From: an uncultured Acidobacteriota bacterium
Lineage (GTDB): Bacteria > Acidobacteriota > Blastocatellia > RBC074
DNA: 64,000 bases
Direction of reading: 5' to 3'
Assembly: GCA_963796275.1 (NCBI GenBank)
Contig: CAWCKY010000006.1
Span: forward strand, 2,560,001 to 2,624,000
The notes below the pieces were generated by a model. The model was not told the origin of the DNA. It saw only the letters and a program-made list of their open reading frames with translations, and searched no databases. The position numbers were made by a program, and so were the translations under genes. Of the stretch, positions 1 to 13,724 are shown piece after piece. Position 1 is the stretch's first letter. Each line of letters begins with the position of its first letter.

Positions 1-322
1 GTTACCGGCAAAATTGAGATAGGGATTGATTAATGCCATTGTTGTATCTCCTATATTGATTACATATAAAAAGTCGATCGCCGCTTTCCGCCGAAGGCCA
101 TTGTATTACGATGCTCTCCTCGTCCAGGAATTCAAGACTGGCTACGCCTCGAGGGTCTCCCATCATCTGCGGGCGCGGCTTTATCAAGTAAATCGCGAAA
201 ACCGGGTGACCCACGTCACGTACCCGCTATAGCTGATCAGCTGTAGAATCCGTGATTCGGTATCCCTTTGTTAATGTACGCTCAACGCTCCAGGAAGTTC
301 TTCACGTTAGTGAGCGCAAAGC

Positions 323-787
323 TCACGGTTGCAACCAGGGCGGCGTACTCAATCCTTGCTCCAGCAAGTTCTTTATATCGGTGAGCGCATAGCCCCAGAA
401 GAAGTTGACGTGCTTGTATGCTGCTTCACTGTAGAAGTGATTGTGACGAACGGTCAGGCGGGTCGCGGCGCCAGTCCAATCAAGACTGAACGTGATCATA
501 GTGCGATTTTCAGGCGCATCTGGCAGGCGTGAGGTCTCGTTCCATTGGTTGTACTGCAAGAGTTTCTCGCGCTCGATGGCGAGCACCGTTCCGCGGTCCC
601 GAACGATTTCCTTCTTATTAGGCCACCTGGCGGTGAACGTGATGTCGCTGCCGAGTTCCCACCCGGACTCCACACGTGCGCCGCCCATCCATTGCGCGAT
701 CATATCCGGGTCGGTAAGTGCACGCCACACATCCTTCGTGGACGCAGATATCTCGATAGTTTTTATGATGGCGGATTCAGGTGTCAT
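323..787 (-). CDS. SRPBCC/AHSA1-like (START fold) protein
   Basis: 154-aa ORF with IEISASTKDVWRALTDPDMIAQW, TRLTVRH and a C-terminal helix W..ALTDIKNLLE, typical of the AHSA1 family. Confidence 0.85.
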   Translation of the reverse strand: MTPESAIIKTIEISASTKDVWRALTDPDMIAQWMGGARVESGWELGSDITFTARWPNKKEIVRDRGTVLAIEREKLLQYNQWNETSRLPDAPENRTMITFSLDWTGAATRLTVRHNHFYSEAAYKHVNFFWGYALTDIKNLLEQGLSTPPWLQP

Positions 788-1271
788 CTAATTTGCCGTA
801 TCGCTATGATCTGCGACCGTAATGTCGCTCATTCATCTTCTACCACGGTTCCTTTGATGGTACACGATCTTCCAGGTATTTGCGCTGCTCGCCATCCGGT
901 CGATCTTTGCGTCACTCCTGCCGCGTCCTGAACCAGAGTGTGCGGTAGCAGGTAGTTGCCCGGCGCAACCTCATGTCTTCCAGATATCGATGTACGGGGC
1001 GGAGCGGTATTCCTTCTAGACGGGCGATCTTGCGTCACAGACCGAGCAGAAGCCTCATTGCCCATCTATGCACCGCTTATGTTTTTCTACACAAATAAAT
1101 AAATATGTTGATTTTGAAAAGACTCTCACTAGACCGTTATGTCTTTATGATGATTGAGGATGAGACGGTTGAATCGTGAGCCACCGGTGAGAGATTCGAA
1201 CATCACCTGATGTCAAACCAGCTCACCGCGGCCCACCAAACGCTGAGGGTATCAGGGAATCCTTTGGTGGC

Positions 1272-1901
1272 TCAGAACTTGAAAACGATTCCTGCCGACG
1301 GTTGTGCGGAATGTGTAGTCCTGCGGGAATTCAATGAGTCTCGACCGAAATCTGGTCGACCATAAACAAGCCCGCGATATTCAAGCCTGAATGCAAATCT
1401 ATCACTGATGTCGATGTCCGTGCCCGCGCCATAAACGAACGTACCCTTGTATTGGCCACTGAGTCTGATATTAAAGCCCCCGGCCTGGGTATGGTTGGTG
1501 ACGGGGTCGAAGTTTAATAATCCCGCTCCAGCTATGGCGAAAGGTTTGATAGCGCCTGCACTCCACGGTTTAAACACAAGTGCGCCAGTGAACTGATTTA
1601 CATTGGTCTGAACGTCGAAAACGTCGGGACTGAAGAATACCGAAGAATTTTGAAATGTGTTACGCGTATACCCATAACTTCCATCCGTAGCAAGCCACTT
1701 GTTTAACTGGTGCCGATAACTGATCAGTAGACCACCAGAATTTGTGGTGTGCTGATTGATCCCTCTTCCGGCCGTATCGTTGGTGAAGAAACCAGTACCT
1801 TGTACGCTGATCTCATGTTTCGACGGTTCCTGGGCCAGAGCTATTGAAGTGAATAGCAATGTTGCGAAAAGCGTTATAGCTAATATTCTTAAACGTACCA
1901 T
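1272..1901 (-). CDS. Outer-membrane beta-barrel (OmpA/OmpW-like, acidobacterial porin family) protein
   Basis: Start moved to ATG 1901 behind an AGGAG RBS; signal peptide ending ALA-Q; alternating beta strands; C-terminal GIVFKF BAM signal. Confidence 0.8.
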   Translation of the reverse strand: MVRLRILAITLFATLLFTSIALAQEPSKHEISVQGTGFFTNDTAGRGINQHTTNSGGLLISYRHQLNKWLATDGSYGYTRNTFQNSSVFFSPDVFDVQTNVNQFTGALVFKPWSAGAIKPFAIAGAGLLNFDPVTNHTQAGGFNIRLSGQYKGTFVYGAGTDIDISDRFAFRLEYRGLVYGRPDFGRDSLNSRRTTHSAQPSAGIVFKF

Positions 1902-2310
1902 CGATCTCCTTTTTATTGGAAAAGAGACACAAATATATGGTTTTTTGTATGTTTGTAGACTACTATCCATACGGACTTGTACCTCCTTTCCTTCTGTGAA
2001 TACAGTTTTCAGCGGCATCAATACACCGCTCGTGACAAGCAATGAACGTGGCGCCTGCATCTATTTTGCAATCTAATTGAAATATCGCGATCACTAAGGG
2101 AGAAAAACGCGGGAAATCGCTCTACGTAAAGAGCCTTTGGGAGTTCCCTGTGCTCACAGGTTGGGTTGAGACAATACGTTGAAACGCTGGATTAGACTCA
2201 TACATGCGGCTACGCGGCAATTCGGCATGGGCTGTTAAACGACCAAACTGAATTTCAATAAATCAGGCCACCCAACATTGGTACGGCGGCACACTCTTCG
2301 GGGGTAGTTT

Positions 2311-2704
2311 CTAAACCTCGATTCCTATCGCTCTCATCAGCTCGATCGCATTGCTGTTTCCTGCAATCCCCTGCCTGAGAATATAATCGAATTCCATTTG
2401 TCCGTTATTCAGATTACATTCAAATGCACTTCAGTCGTATTTTCTCGATCCTCTTTTGAATACTGAATAGGTAAAAAAGTACGAGAATGTATAAATAGAC
2501 AGCGACAAACATCGTTAACACCGTGACCCGGGGGGTAGTACCTGCGCGAGGAATATACGATAAAATAATCAGGCCCGTGAACAGACATACCAGAAACAGG
2601 ATTCCGGCGAGACGGTAATGTCGTATCTGCAACTTCGACAGGGCGCGATACCTCTCAAAACGTTCTCTATATACCTCAGCTGCCCTCGTCATATCAGAAT
2701 CCAT
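2311..2704 (-). pseudogene. Internally deleted membrane-anchored MutS-like (MutS domain V) gene
   Basis: N-terminal two-TM segment (MTRAAEVYRERFERY...) followed, after a frame change near 2420, by VHFECNLNNGQMEFDYILRQGIAGNSNAIELMRAIGIEV*, the characteristic C-terminus of MutS-V-only proteins; the ATPase core is missing. Confidence 0.65.
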
Positions 2705-2727
2705 ATTTGAGCAGAACTTGCATATTA

Positions 2728-4389
2728 TTACGGTCGAAATTGGTCCATCGCCGGTAAGGGCCGATGGTCGAAGTCGAAGAGAGCCTGGTTCTCCCACGCA
2801 TTTCCTGATGAAGGGTCCGCCGGGTTCCATCCGTTGCCCGGCATGGCAATCCATGTGGCATCCCAGTAGAACACTCCCAGGCCCCTACCGTTCGGCACGG
2901 CCCGCATAATCGACATGACATCGCGAAAGTTTGCTGCCTGTCCTTCCGGCGTGGCGGAATAGCCTGCCACGAGCTGGTCGGGAGTACCGATCAGGTTCGG
3001 CCATCCGTCGGCGTCTGCGAGCGCGAACGGATAGGCGGTTTCGGCAACAACTACGTCTTTGCCGTAGCGGGACGAGATATCGTTAAGGTTTCTCTGCAGA
3101 TCACCGAGCGAGCCATGATAGAACCCGTAGTAGGAGGCTCCGATCATGTCGAATTGGACTGCCTGTGCCGTGATATTGTCGAACCACCAGCGATAGAGCC
3201 CGTTATCACCGCCGTTCGCGAGATGGAGCATGACCTTCGTGTGTGGCGAGCAGTCTTTGACCGCTTCGTATCCTGCCTTGAGGAAGCCTGCCAGATTTTC
3301 CCACTGCGGTGGATTCCACGTGTGCCCGTCAGGCCACAACAGGCCAGAGTTCAGCTCATTTCCGAGTTGGATCATATCCGGAGCCGTGGCCTGGGCCTTC
3401 AAGCTGTAACAGATATCGAAAGTGTAATCGTAGACCGCTCGCCGGAGCTCCTCAACCGTGTAACTCGCCCATGCCGCGGGCTTCCCCTGTTGACCAGGAT
3501 CTGCCCAGCTGTCGGAGTAGTGGAGATCGACCAGCACTTTGAGGCCGGAGGCTTTCGCGCGCCGTGCCATTCTCAAGAGCTCCTGCTTCTCGTGATAGCC
3601 GTCTGCTGGATCAACCCAGACACGCAGCCGGATGTGACTCGCCCCGTGTTCTCTGAGTATCTTCAGAGCGGAGCGCGAGCGCTGGCGATGATCGTCCCAG
3701 TGATCATCGTAATAGATACCGCCCAGGGCTTCCGACTTGTTGAGACTCGACACGTCTGCTCCGAGGACCGAGAGCCGTGCTGCACCCCGGACGAGCTCGA
3801 CGTCATCGAAGTTCGACCACTCGCCACCGGCGGCTTCCGTATGTAGCGCGACGGTGCAGCGTCCACCGCGGGCGCGCGCCGACACGACGATCTGGAGCCA
3901 TTGATCCGGCCGGGCGACAGGCAGCTCGACCCGCTCACTTTCGTTTCTACACTTGAGTTGTAGGTAGCTGTTGTTTCGGCCGGGGCTTCGCCTCACCCAG
4001 GCGCGTAGCGTATACCAACCGTCGCGTAAGTTCGCGAACGTCTGGCTCGTCTCGACCGAGTATTCATCCGCATTCCGATGCGCCAGATGGAACCCGCCCA
4101 GATGCCCTCCGGGCACGATTGAGGTGGCAGCCGTCGTTCCGGAATTCGTCCATCCGGAGGGAGCCGTGGGTATCGCGCCATCGTCTTCGAACCCGGGATT
4201 GGTGAGTGCAGGGAGACTGGTCGCTTTTCCAGATTGCCAGCTCGATCGATGCCCGTCATTGCCGGGAAGCTCACCAGGATTCGATGCTTTTGATGAATTT
4301 AGCAGAACCGAAAATATCAAACCGGCGCAGAGAAGAATGCAGGCCGAGCGCAAAACAGCAGCAGAGGCATAACTGAAAGTATGAAACAT
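2728..4389 (-). CDS. GH53 arabinogalactan endo-1,4-beta-galactanase with N-terminal carbohydrate-binding-like domain
   Basis: GADVSS, IRLRVWVDP, DLHYSDSWADPGQQ, QLGNE (acid/base), VAETAYP (nucleophile), GVFYW and WENQALFDF motifs; signal peptide; NPGFE...W N-domain. Confidence 0.93.
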   Translation of the reverse strand: MFHTFSYASAAVLRSACILLCAGLIFSVLLNSSKASNPGELPGNDGHRSSWQSGKATSLPALTNPGFEDDGAIPTAPSGWTNSGTTAATSIVPGGHLGGFHLAHRNADEYSVETSQTFANLRDGWYTLRAWVRRSPGRNNSYLQLKCRNESERVELPVARPDQWLQIVVSARARGGRCTVALHTEAAGGEWSNFDDVELVRGAARLSVLGADVSSLNKSEALGGIYYDDHWDDHRQRSRSALKILREHGASHIRLRVWVDPADGYHEKQELLRMARRAKASGLKVLVDLHYSDSWADPGQQGKPAAWASYTVEELRRAVYDYTFDICYSLKAQATAPDMIQLGNELNSGLLWPDGHTWNPPQWENLAGFLKAGYEAVKDCSPHTKVMLHLANGGDNGLYRWWFDNITAQAVQFDMIGASYYGFYHGSLGDLQRNLNDISSRYGKDVVVAETAYPFALADADGWPNLIGTPDQLVAGYSATPEGQAANFRDVMSIMRAVPNGRGLGVFYWDATWIAMPGNGWNPADPSSGNAWENQALFDFDHRPLPAMDQFRP

Positions 4390-4560
4390 ACAGTAGTTCT
4401 CCTAACTGTTAATTTGATTTCCTCCCACCCAACCGCTTTACGGTTTAAGTGGGATTCCTGCGCCGAGTTGCCAACGACTGCGCGCACCTCGTAGTGCTGA
4501 CTTTCCCGGGGTCCGACCGCGAACTCGCGGATATATCTTCCTGCGAGTCGGCCATTTTAT

Positions 4561-7500
4561 TTAGAAAATTATCTTCAACCCGAACTGTATTTGCCTTGGA
4601 TCGAACGCCGATGCGATCTGACCGAAGGCCGAAGCGTTGAAAGTCGCCTCCGGGTAGTTGAAGTTCGCATGGTTGAACGCGTTGAAAAATTCCGTGCGGA
4701 ACTGAATCCGAAACCTCTCGGTCACGCTGAAATTCCGGCTCAGGGCGAAGTCAATGTTTTGGAAACCCGGCCCAGTGATAATGTTGCGGCCCGCGGTTCC
4801 GAACGAACCGGTCGTCGACTGTTGAAAAGCGTCTTTATTGAACCATTGTTCGACAGTTTTCGGCCCGGAATTCGGATCGCCGATCAGGTTCGGGCGGTCG
4901 TTGCGGTTAAGCGTGTTGCTGAAATCCCCGCTTAGCACGGCTGTGAAAGGTCGACCGGATTGCAGGGATAGGATCCCCGAAGCCTGCCACCCGCCGAAGA
5001 TGTATGCCAGCGGACCGCTGCCGAAAACCTTATGTCCCTTGCCGAGCGGAATCTCCCAGATCGTGCTCGTCACGACACGATGCCGCACGTCGAAATCGGA
5101 ACGCCCGCGCTCGGCGCTCAGGTTGCGCGTATCCTGAGCATTTGCGCTCGACGCGCTGCTGCTGGTCGAAATGCCCGGGGAGTTGTCGATGGATTTGCTG
5201 AAAGTGTAAGACGCCAGCAGTGACAGCCCCTTTGTGTAACGCTTCTCGGCTTTCAACTCCATTGAATGATAGGTTGAATTCGCCACGCTCTCGATCCAGG
5301 TGATGTTGCCGAATTGCGGATACGGGCGGCGTGCCTGAATCTGCTGTGCCGGCCCGGGGGTGGCCTGATTCAGATTGCGGTTGAGCGGAAGATGGCTTCC
5401 CTTAGATCCCAGATAGCCGATCTCGAAGACCGTATCGGAGCCGACTTCGCGCTGAAGGCTCAGCCCCCATTGTGTAATGTAGGCCGTGACGAAGTTATCA
5501 TCGATCGCCGTCATCGTCAGCGATCCGTTGGTTGGGGCGGTCGTCGGCACGGCGCCGGGGAATGGATTGTTGAGCGTGATCGGCGCGGCCAGGGTTGAAT
5601 TGAATGTCTGCGGCAGCCGGGCCGGGAAATTGAAGAGCATGCCCAGGAAGCCGTTGCCCGCGGGCTGCACGTTGTAAAAGACTCCGGCGCCGCCGCGCAC
5701 AACAGTCTTCGCGTCGCCCAGCGGCTGCCACGCGAATCCGATGCGCGGCGCGAAGTTGTTGTAATCGTACTTGAAAAGATTATCCGGCACGCCGTTCTGC
5801 CCGGCGACGCGTATCTGGCCAGTCTGCGAGTCGAACGACGTTATGGTGTTGTACTTTTCGGTCATCGGCGTGTTTATTTCCCACCGCAATCCCAGGTTGA
5901 GCGTCAGCCGCGAATTCACTTTCCAATCATCCTGCGTATAAAAGTTGAACGACGAGGTGCGGCTGTAAGTCGAAGGGCCTCGCGGATTGCGTGACGTGCT
6001 GGTTGGAAGGCCGAGCAGCAGGTCGGCGAACGGATATCCGCTGGTCGGCGTGTTGGCCGTTGCGTTGAAATTGAAGATGCCGCGCCCCTGGCTGATGAAA
6101 TACAGATTCGACTGAAACCGGCGGATATCGCCGCCGAATTTCATGGTGTGCGCAGATTTTGTCCAAATCACGTTATCAACAATTTGATAAGTGTTGTCGC
6201 GGCGATCCTGCGGCAGATTGTTCGCGCCGCCGATGTTAGAATAACCGGTGATCGAAACCTGCGGCACACCGCCGTTGAACGGCGTCTCGCCAAAAAATGT
6301 CCCTGATATGTTGAACTGCCCTACGAAATCCACGACGTCATCCTCCTGAATTCGCGGCTGTCGCAACCGGTTGAATCCGAGGCGAACTTCATTAGTCAGG
6401 TTCGATGTGAAAGTATGCGTTTCGACGATGCCGATTAGTTGAGTAGTCAGCCCGGTGTTGCAACCGAAGCCCGGCAGGACGCGGCTGCCGCAGAGCGAAT
6501 TGGACGGCTCGAACGCCGGGTTGTCGTAATAGTTGTAGGTGCCGTAAAGCGAATCTTTCGGCGACAACGCGTGATCGAATCGCGTGCTGATCTGGTTGTA
6601 ATTCTCGCGCCGCGTCGCGCTGAAATTGTAGTTGTTCGACGGTAATCGTCCGGCTGGAGTTGCCGTGGTAGGCGCGGGAAAAAACTTCGCCAGCGCCTGG
6701 CCGATCGGATTGATCAGCGCCTGATCGATCACGTTCAGCATTGCAAACTCTTGCCCGTTAAACGGATTGAGGACGCGCCCCGTATCATCGGCGTTGCCGA
6801 GCATCTGATCCGGTCCCGGCCCGCGCATGGCTCTGAAATCGCCATTGACCATCGTCGCCGTGGGAACCGTCGCAAGCGAGGTTACAGATTGCCGCAGCCG
6901 CAGCCCTTCATAACTGACGAAGAAGAATGTCTTGTCACTGATGATCGGGCCGCCGAGACTGCCGCCGAACAGATTACGCTTGAACGACGGCGCTTTCTCG
7001 CCGGGCTGCAGCCGCAGGAAAAAGTTGCGAGCGTCGAGCGCCTGGTTGCGCAGGAATTCATACGCGGTTCCGTGAAACTGGTTCGTTCCCGATTTGGTGT
7101 TGATCACCACCTGACCGCCGGAGTTGCGCCCATACTCCGCTGAATAGATTCCGCTCAAAAGTTTGAATTCCTGTATTGCATCGATCGAAGGTCGGAAAGA
7201 CGGACCGTTGATCCCCGTGTCGTTATTGTCGATTCCATTCAGTGTGAAGTTGTTCGAGACCTCACTGGAACCGGCTACATTAAACCCGCCACGGAAGCCG
7301 AGAGTGGAGCCCTGCGCTGGCGGCAACACTCGCGGCGCAGTCAGAGCGAGCCCGTAAAATTCGCGGCTGTTGAGCGGAAGTTCCACAACCTGCTTGTTGG
7401 AAATCACGGTGCCCACTGAGGCCGAATCTGTCTGAACCAGCGAAGTCGCGGCCGTGACTTCTACCGATTCCGAAACCTGCCCGATCTGGAGCGTGAAATC

Positions 7501-7809
7501 CAGACGCGCCTTCTGGTCGACCTGCAAAACCACACCGGTCTGTACCGTCTTCTTGAAACCCTGCTTTTCCACCGACACTTGATAGGGGCCGATTTTGAGC
7601 AGCGGGATCGTGAAATCCCCGTTATCGCTGGTCACGGCCTCACGCTCTATATTGGTCTCGACATTCTTGGCGCTGACGCGAACGCCTGGAATCGCGGCGC
7701 CTGAAGCATCACGAACCTGTCCGCTGATCGTGGCGGTCGGCGTTTGAGCCGGCGCCTCCGCCGCATTGACCGCAACGATCAGAAATATTGCGGCAAAAAT
7801 TCTCTTCAT
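4561..7809 (-). CDS. TonB-dependent receptor, Oar-like, with carboxypeptidase-regulatory-like N-domain
   Basis: Signal peptide, ISGQVRDASGAAIPG, ELPLNSR, TKSGTNQFHG, LTLNLGLRWE, NNFAPRIGFAW, C-terminal PRQIQFGLKIIF. Confidence 0.93.
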   Translation of the reverse strand: MKRIFAAIFLIVAVNAAEAPAQTPTATISGQVRDASGAAIPGVRVSAKNVETNIEREAVTSDNGDFTIPLLKIGPYQVSVEKQGFKKTVQTGVVLQVDQKARLDFTLQIGQVSESVEVTAATSLVQTDSASVGTVISNKQVVELPLNSREFYGLALTAPRVLPPAQGSTLGFRGGFNVAGSSEVSNNFTLNGIDNNDTGINGPSFRPSIDAIQEFKLLSGIYSAEYGRNSGGQVVINTKSGTNQFHGTAYEFLRNQALDARNFFLRLQPGEKAPSFKRNLFGGSLGGPIISDKTFFFVSYEGLRLRQSVTSLATVPTATMVNGDFRAMRGPGPDQMLGNADDTGRVLNPFNGQEFAMLNVIDQALINPIGQALAKFFPAPTTATPAGRLPSNNYNFSATRRENYNQISTRFDHALSPKDSLYGTYNYYDNPAFEPSNSLCGSRVLPGFGCNTGLTTQLIGIVETHTFTSNLTNEVRLGFNRLRQPRIQEDDVVDFVGQFNISGTFFGETPFNGGVPQVSITGYSNIGGANNLPQDRRDNTYQIVDNVIWTKSAHTMKFGGDIRRFQSNLYFISQGRGIFNFNATANTPTSGYPFADLLLGLPTSTSRNPRGPSTYSRTSSFNFYTQDDWKVNSRLTLNLGLRWEINTPMTEKYNTITSFDSQTGQIRVAGQNGVPDNLFKYDYNNFAPRIGFAWQPLGDAKTVVRGGAGVFYNVQPAGNGFLGMLFNFPARLPQTFNSTLAAPITLNNPFPGAVPTTAPTNGSLTMTAIDDNFVTAYITQWGLSLQREVGSDTVFEIGYLGSKGSHLPLNRNLNQATPGPAQQIQARRPYPQFGNITWIESVANSTYHSMELKAEKRYTKGLSLLASYTFSKSIDNSPGISTSSSASSANAQDTRNLSAERGRSDFDVRHRVVTSTIWEIPLGKGHKVFGSGPLAYIFGGWQASGILSLQSGRPFTAVLSGDFSNTLNRNDRPNLIGDPNSGPKTVEQWFNKDAFQQSTTGSFGTAGRNIITGPGFQNIDFALSRNFSVTERFRIQFRTEFFNAFNHANFNYPEATFNASAFGQIASAFDPRQIQFGLKIIF

Positions 7810-8424
7810 TCCTCGAAACAAACACCTGCATAACATAATTCCCCCGTTGGTTAAGTTAGTTAATAGGTTTGAGAGTCAGGCTCTCCAGCGAACAATGCGT
7901 TTTTCACTGATGAATGTAGGAAAGACGAAGAAATCAAATACAAAGTGGGCAGACTAAATCGGCCATCACCCATATACGGAGCAGCGTGGCGAATCAAAGA
8001 ACGCATAGATAGAACGGGAGTGACCCATTCGACGCGGATCATCTGGGATAAAATTCCAAAAGCTCAGCTTCTATCCGTGTTGCCCGCGCCATCCGCGTTC
8101 TACCAACACATATACAGAGCTAATAACGCCTTAACTGCCTTTGAATAATTTATGCACCCAGCATCGTAGGGGCGGGTATTTCACCCATTCGCCTGGATCA
8201 CGGAGTCGGGCGGGGAATACCCGTCATTAAGTTGATATAGCGCGCTGCTGATGGAGTTACACAAAACTTGCCCGATCTCACCAGGTATGAATCTCGTCCG
8301 TATGATATGCAAATTTACGGAGAAGTGTAAATCTTTTGTGAGTGAGGAAGCGAATAATCTTCGATCCAGGACACGTAGATACTGACGTTTCAGCAGGCCA
8401 TTTGTGTCGATTCTCTTGGGCGAA

Positions 8425-8824
8425 TCATTTAGACTCGATCGGCAGGAGCTCGATTTTATCATCGACGTGGCGAACCAAAATTTCGCAGCTTTTGTCGACG
8501 GTGTAGCCATTGAACCTCATAGGGTTGAAAGCGCCATCGTTTCAGGGCCTGCGCTGCAGCTCGTCCCAATTCCTCATCTCCATGCACATAGTATGATCTC
8601 GTAACGACTCCGTCGATATTAACGATTATCATCACATTTGCGCTTAGGCTTTCCGTAGACGAATATTCAACCAGAATCGATGCCGTGGCGCGCGTTTTTA
8701 ATTCATCCCACGAAACGGCAAGCGGTTCGTTCAGGTATGATCTGATGGTGCCGGCTACCATCGAGCGTCCCTCGTTCGAGCCAATTTCACGGTCTTTACG
8801 GAGATTGCTTGTTCTATTCCGCAT
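8425..8824 (-). pseudogene. TonB C-terminal domain fragment with a one-base insertion
   Basis: IVNIDGVV...AAAQALKRWRFQPYE; removing one base near 8513 restores NGYTVDKSCEILVRH...K*; N-terminal anchor absent. Confidence 0.55.
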
Positions 8825-8870
8825 CTGTTCTAAATATTTCGCGGTCTAATTGGGGAAAAGGGGACCAAAA

Positions 8871-8960
8871 GGACTGATAACGATTATTCTTCACTCGGTG
8901 AGACGCGCCTACGTGAGCTATGTGGTGACGCATGCAGAGTATGACAAAGGAAAAAAAGGA
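8871..8960 (+). pseudogene. HigB-like toxin C-terminal remnant
   Basis: Reads GLITIILHSVRRAYVSYVVTHAEYDKGKK, matching the HigB RLI..I.Y....YIR.V.THAEYDK motif; no start codon and no antitoxin. Confidence 0.55.
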
Positions 8961-8974
8961 AAAGGAATAAGATC

Positions 8975-9442
8975 ATGTTTGAGCCCAAGATAATGATTAC
9001 TACCTACATTGCATCCACACCGGAGAAGGTCTGGAATGCGCTTACAGATCCAGAGATCACTCAGCGATATTGGTTCGGCACACGCATCGAGTCGGATTGG
9101 AAAGTCGGCTCGAAGATCATCTACCGTCGTGACGGAAAGATTACAGATGAACATACTGTGCTCAGGGTTGAGCCATTGAGCTTGCTGAGTCATACATTCC
9201 ACCCAGTGTTCATCGAGGAGTTTCGCAATGAACCTCCGTCGAGGGTAACATTCGAGATCGAGGAAGGCGGCCAAGTCGTGCGACTCACCGTGATTCATGA
9301 CGAATTTGAGGAGGACAGCGAGGTTTACCACGCTTGTAGTGAGGGTTGGCCGATGCTCATGAGTAGTCTCAAGACGCTACTGGAAACGGGGAAGCCGCTA
9401 CCCGAGTTCGAGTTCGAGTTCGAGGAGGAGTCTGATGAATGA
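8975..9442 (+). CDS. SRPBCC/AHSA1-like protein
   Basis: TYIASTPEKVWNALTDPEITQRYW, SRVTFEIE, VRLTVIHD, GWPMLMSSLKTLLETG. Confidence 0.88.
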   Translation: MFEPKIMITTYIASTPEKVWNALTDPEITQRYWFGTRIESDWKVGSKIIYRRDGKITDEHTVLRVEPLSLLSHTFHPVFIEEFRNEPPSRVTFEIEEGGQVVRLTVIHDEFEEDSEVYHACSEGWPMLMSSLKTLLETGKPLPEFEFEFEEESDE

Positions 9443-9559
9443 GAATCTTTATCGCCAGTGCATTGAGCCTCCCACATTCCATCCCTTAGTGATGGACATC
9501 AGAATGCCGTGTAAAGAACAGATTCACTATATTGTGTGGCTGTAGAGTATATATTGCTG

Positions 9560-10200
9560 GGCGCTATCAAATTCCACTCCATTGCTGCAAGGTGCCGGCC
9601 GGGTATCGTTCAAGAGAGGTAGGCCAATACGGCTGCTCGGGGCAATGCGTTCCTCTCCCAACCTGCTCGTCAAATTTCTTTCGTTCTTTATCCTCGGCCG
9701 GTAATCGATATTCTTCCGCACGTTGCTCATAGCGATCCACCCATTCATCCGGAACGTTGGCGAGAACCAAATCCGGTGCAATTTGGCACGTTGAGTGAAG
9801 CGCGTAATGTTTCCATCACGCGCTCAGGCAGATTTAGATCGCGAACGCCGCTGACACGTACGTTGAATCGGTTCGCTGAAGAGTTCGGCCCTTCACCAAC
9901 TTCTGTTCACGCAGGATTGATAAGATCTTGTCGAATAGTCTGTGCTCCGTTCCACCTTCAAATAAGCGAGACCGAAACTCGCACAATTGGAATGCGGCGT
10001 GAGCTATACGGGCTGTTCGTTCATGGACGATTAGTCCCTGAGGTAGACAACCAACCAATCTTTATCACTGCAATCTTGGCAACGCGGATCGTTCATGACG
10101 ACGGCGGTGATTGTGGCGCGCCGGAAATGAGACCCCGTTCCTGCCGTCATTGGCCGTCAATCACTTCCGAATTGGAGGGTGATTTTCTCCGAAGTTTAAT
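9560..10200 (-). mobile_element. Degenerate IS1182-family transposase remnant
   Basis: Fragments in several frames: LCEFRSRLFEGGTEHRLFDKIL, LVKGRTLQRTDSTYV (first catalytic Asp), PDEWVDRYEQRAEEYRLP; multiple stops and frameshifts. Confidence 0.7.
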
Positions 10201-10248
10201 TCATGACCAACTCCATGATCAGATCAACATTGTTCAATGGGAGAGCTT

Positions 10249-13251
<3,003 letters not shown>

Positions 13252-13463
13252 AGAATGTCGTTTGTTCTTTGTTATCTAAAACCTCAATACTCATCCATAG
13301 CGAACAACTTGGTGAGCTTTTGGGTGGAGAGGAATTTTGAGATCGAAGGAAGCACGGAGGGCTAACCCCGACTGCTTTCTTCGATGATTCGTTAGAATCA
13401 CACTCCCATTTGCTTACGCTTCGGGGGTAATTACTCTTTAAACTAAGACTAAGTTTTTTGATG

Positions 13464-13721
13464 TTTAAATGAGGACTGTGCAAATAAAAGATCATTGGAA
13501 TCAATGTTTTTGGTCCCGAGCGCCAGCGGCGCGGAATATTTATAGCACTCGATCATCCATACCTCGCAAGCTCCGGAGGAGCGGTATATAGGCGTTCAGA
13601 TGTCGCTCCTCTGGAGCTTGCGATGAACATTATCATCTAAGCTATAAACATCGGGCTCCTCCGGAGCCAACCGGAAACTACGGATAACAATCAACTTTAA
13701 TTTGCACAGTCCTCGTTTAAA
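13464..13721. mobile_element. MITE-like element, copy 1 (22-bp TIR, internal GCTCC-N3-GGAGC palindromes)
   Basis: Left tttaaatgaggactgtgcaaat versus right atttgcacagtcctcgtttaaa (1 mismatch in 22); related copy at 62428-62691. Confidence 0.8.
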
Positions 13722-13724
13722 ATG

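Noticed and set aside
1176-1240. tRNA-like string (gagccaccggtgagagattcgaac) on the minus strand
   Set aside because: It resembles a T-arm/acceptor end, but no D-arm, anticodon arm or CCA can be built; more likely a hairpin downstream of the porin gene.
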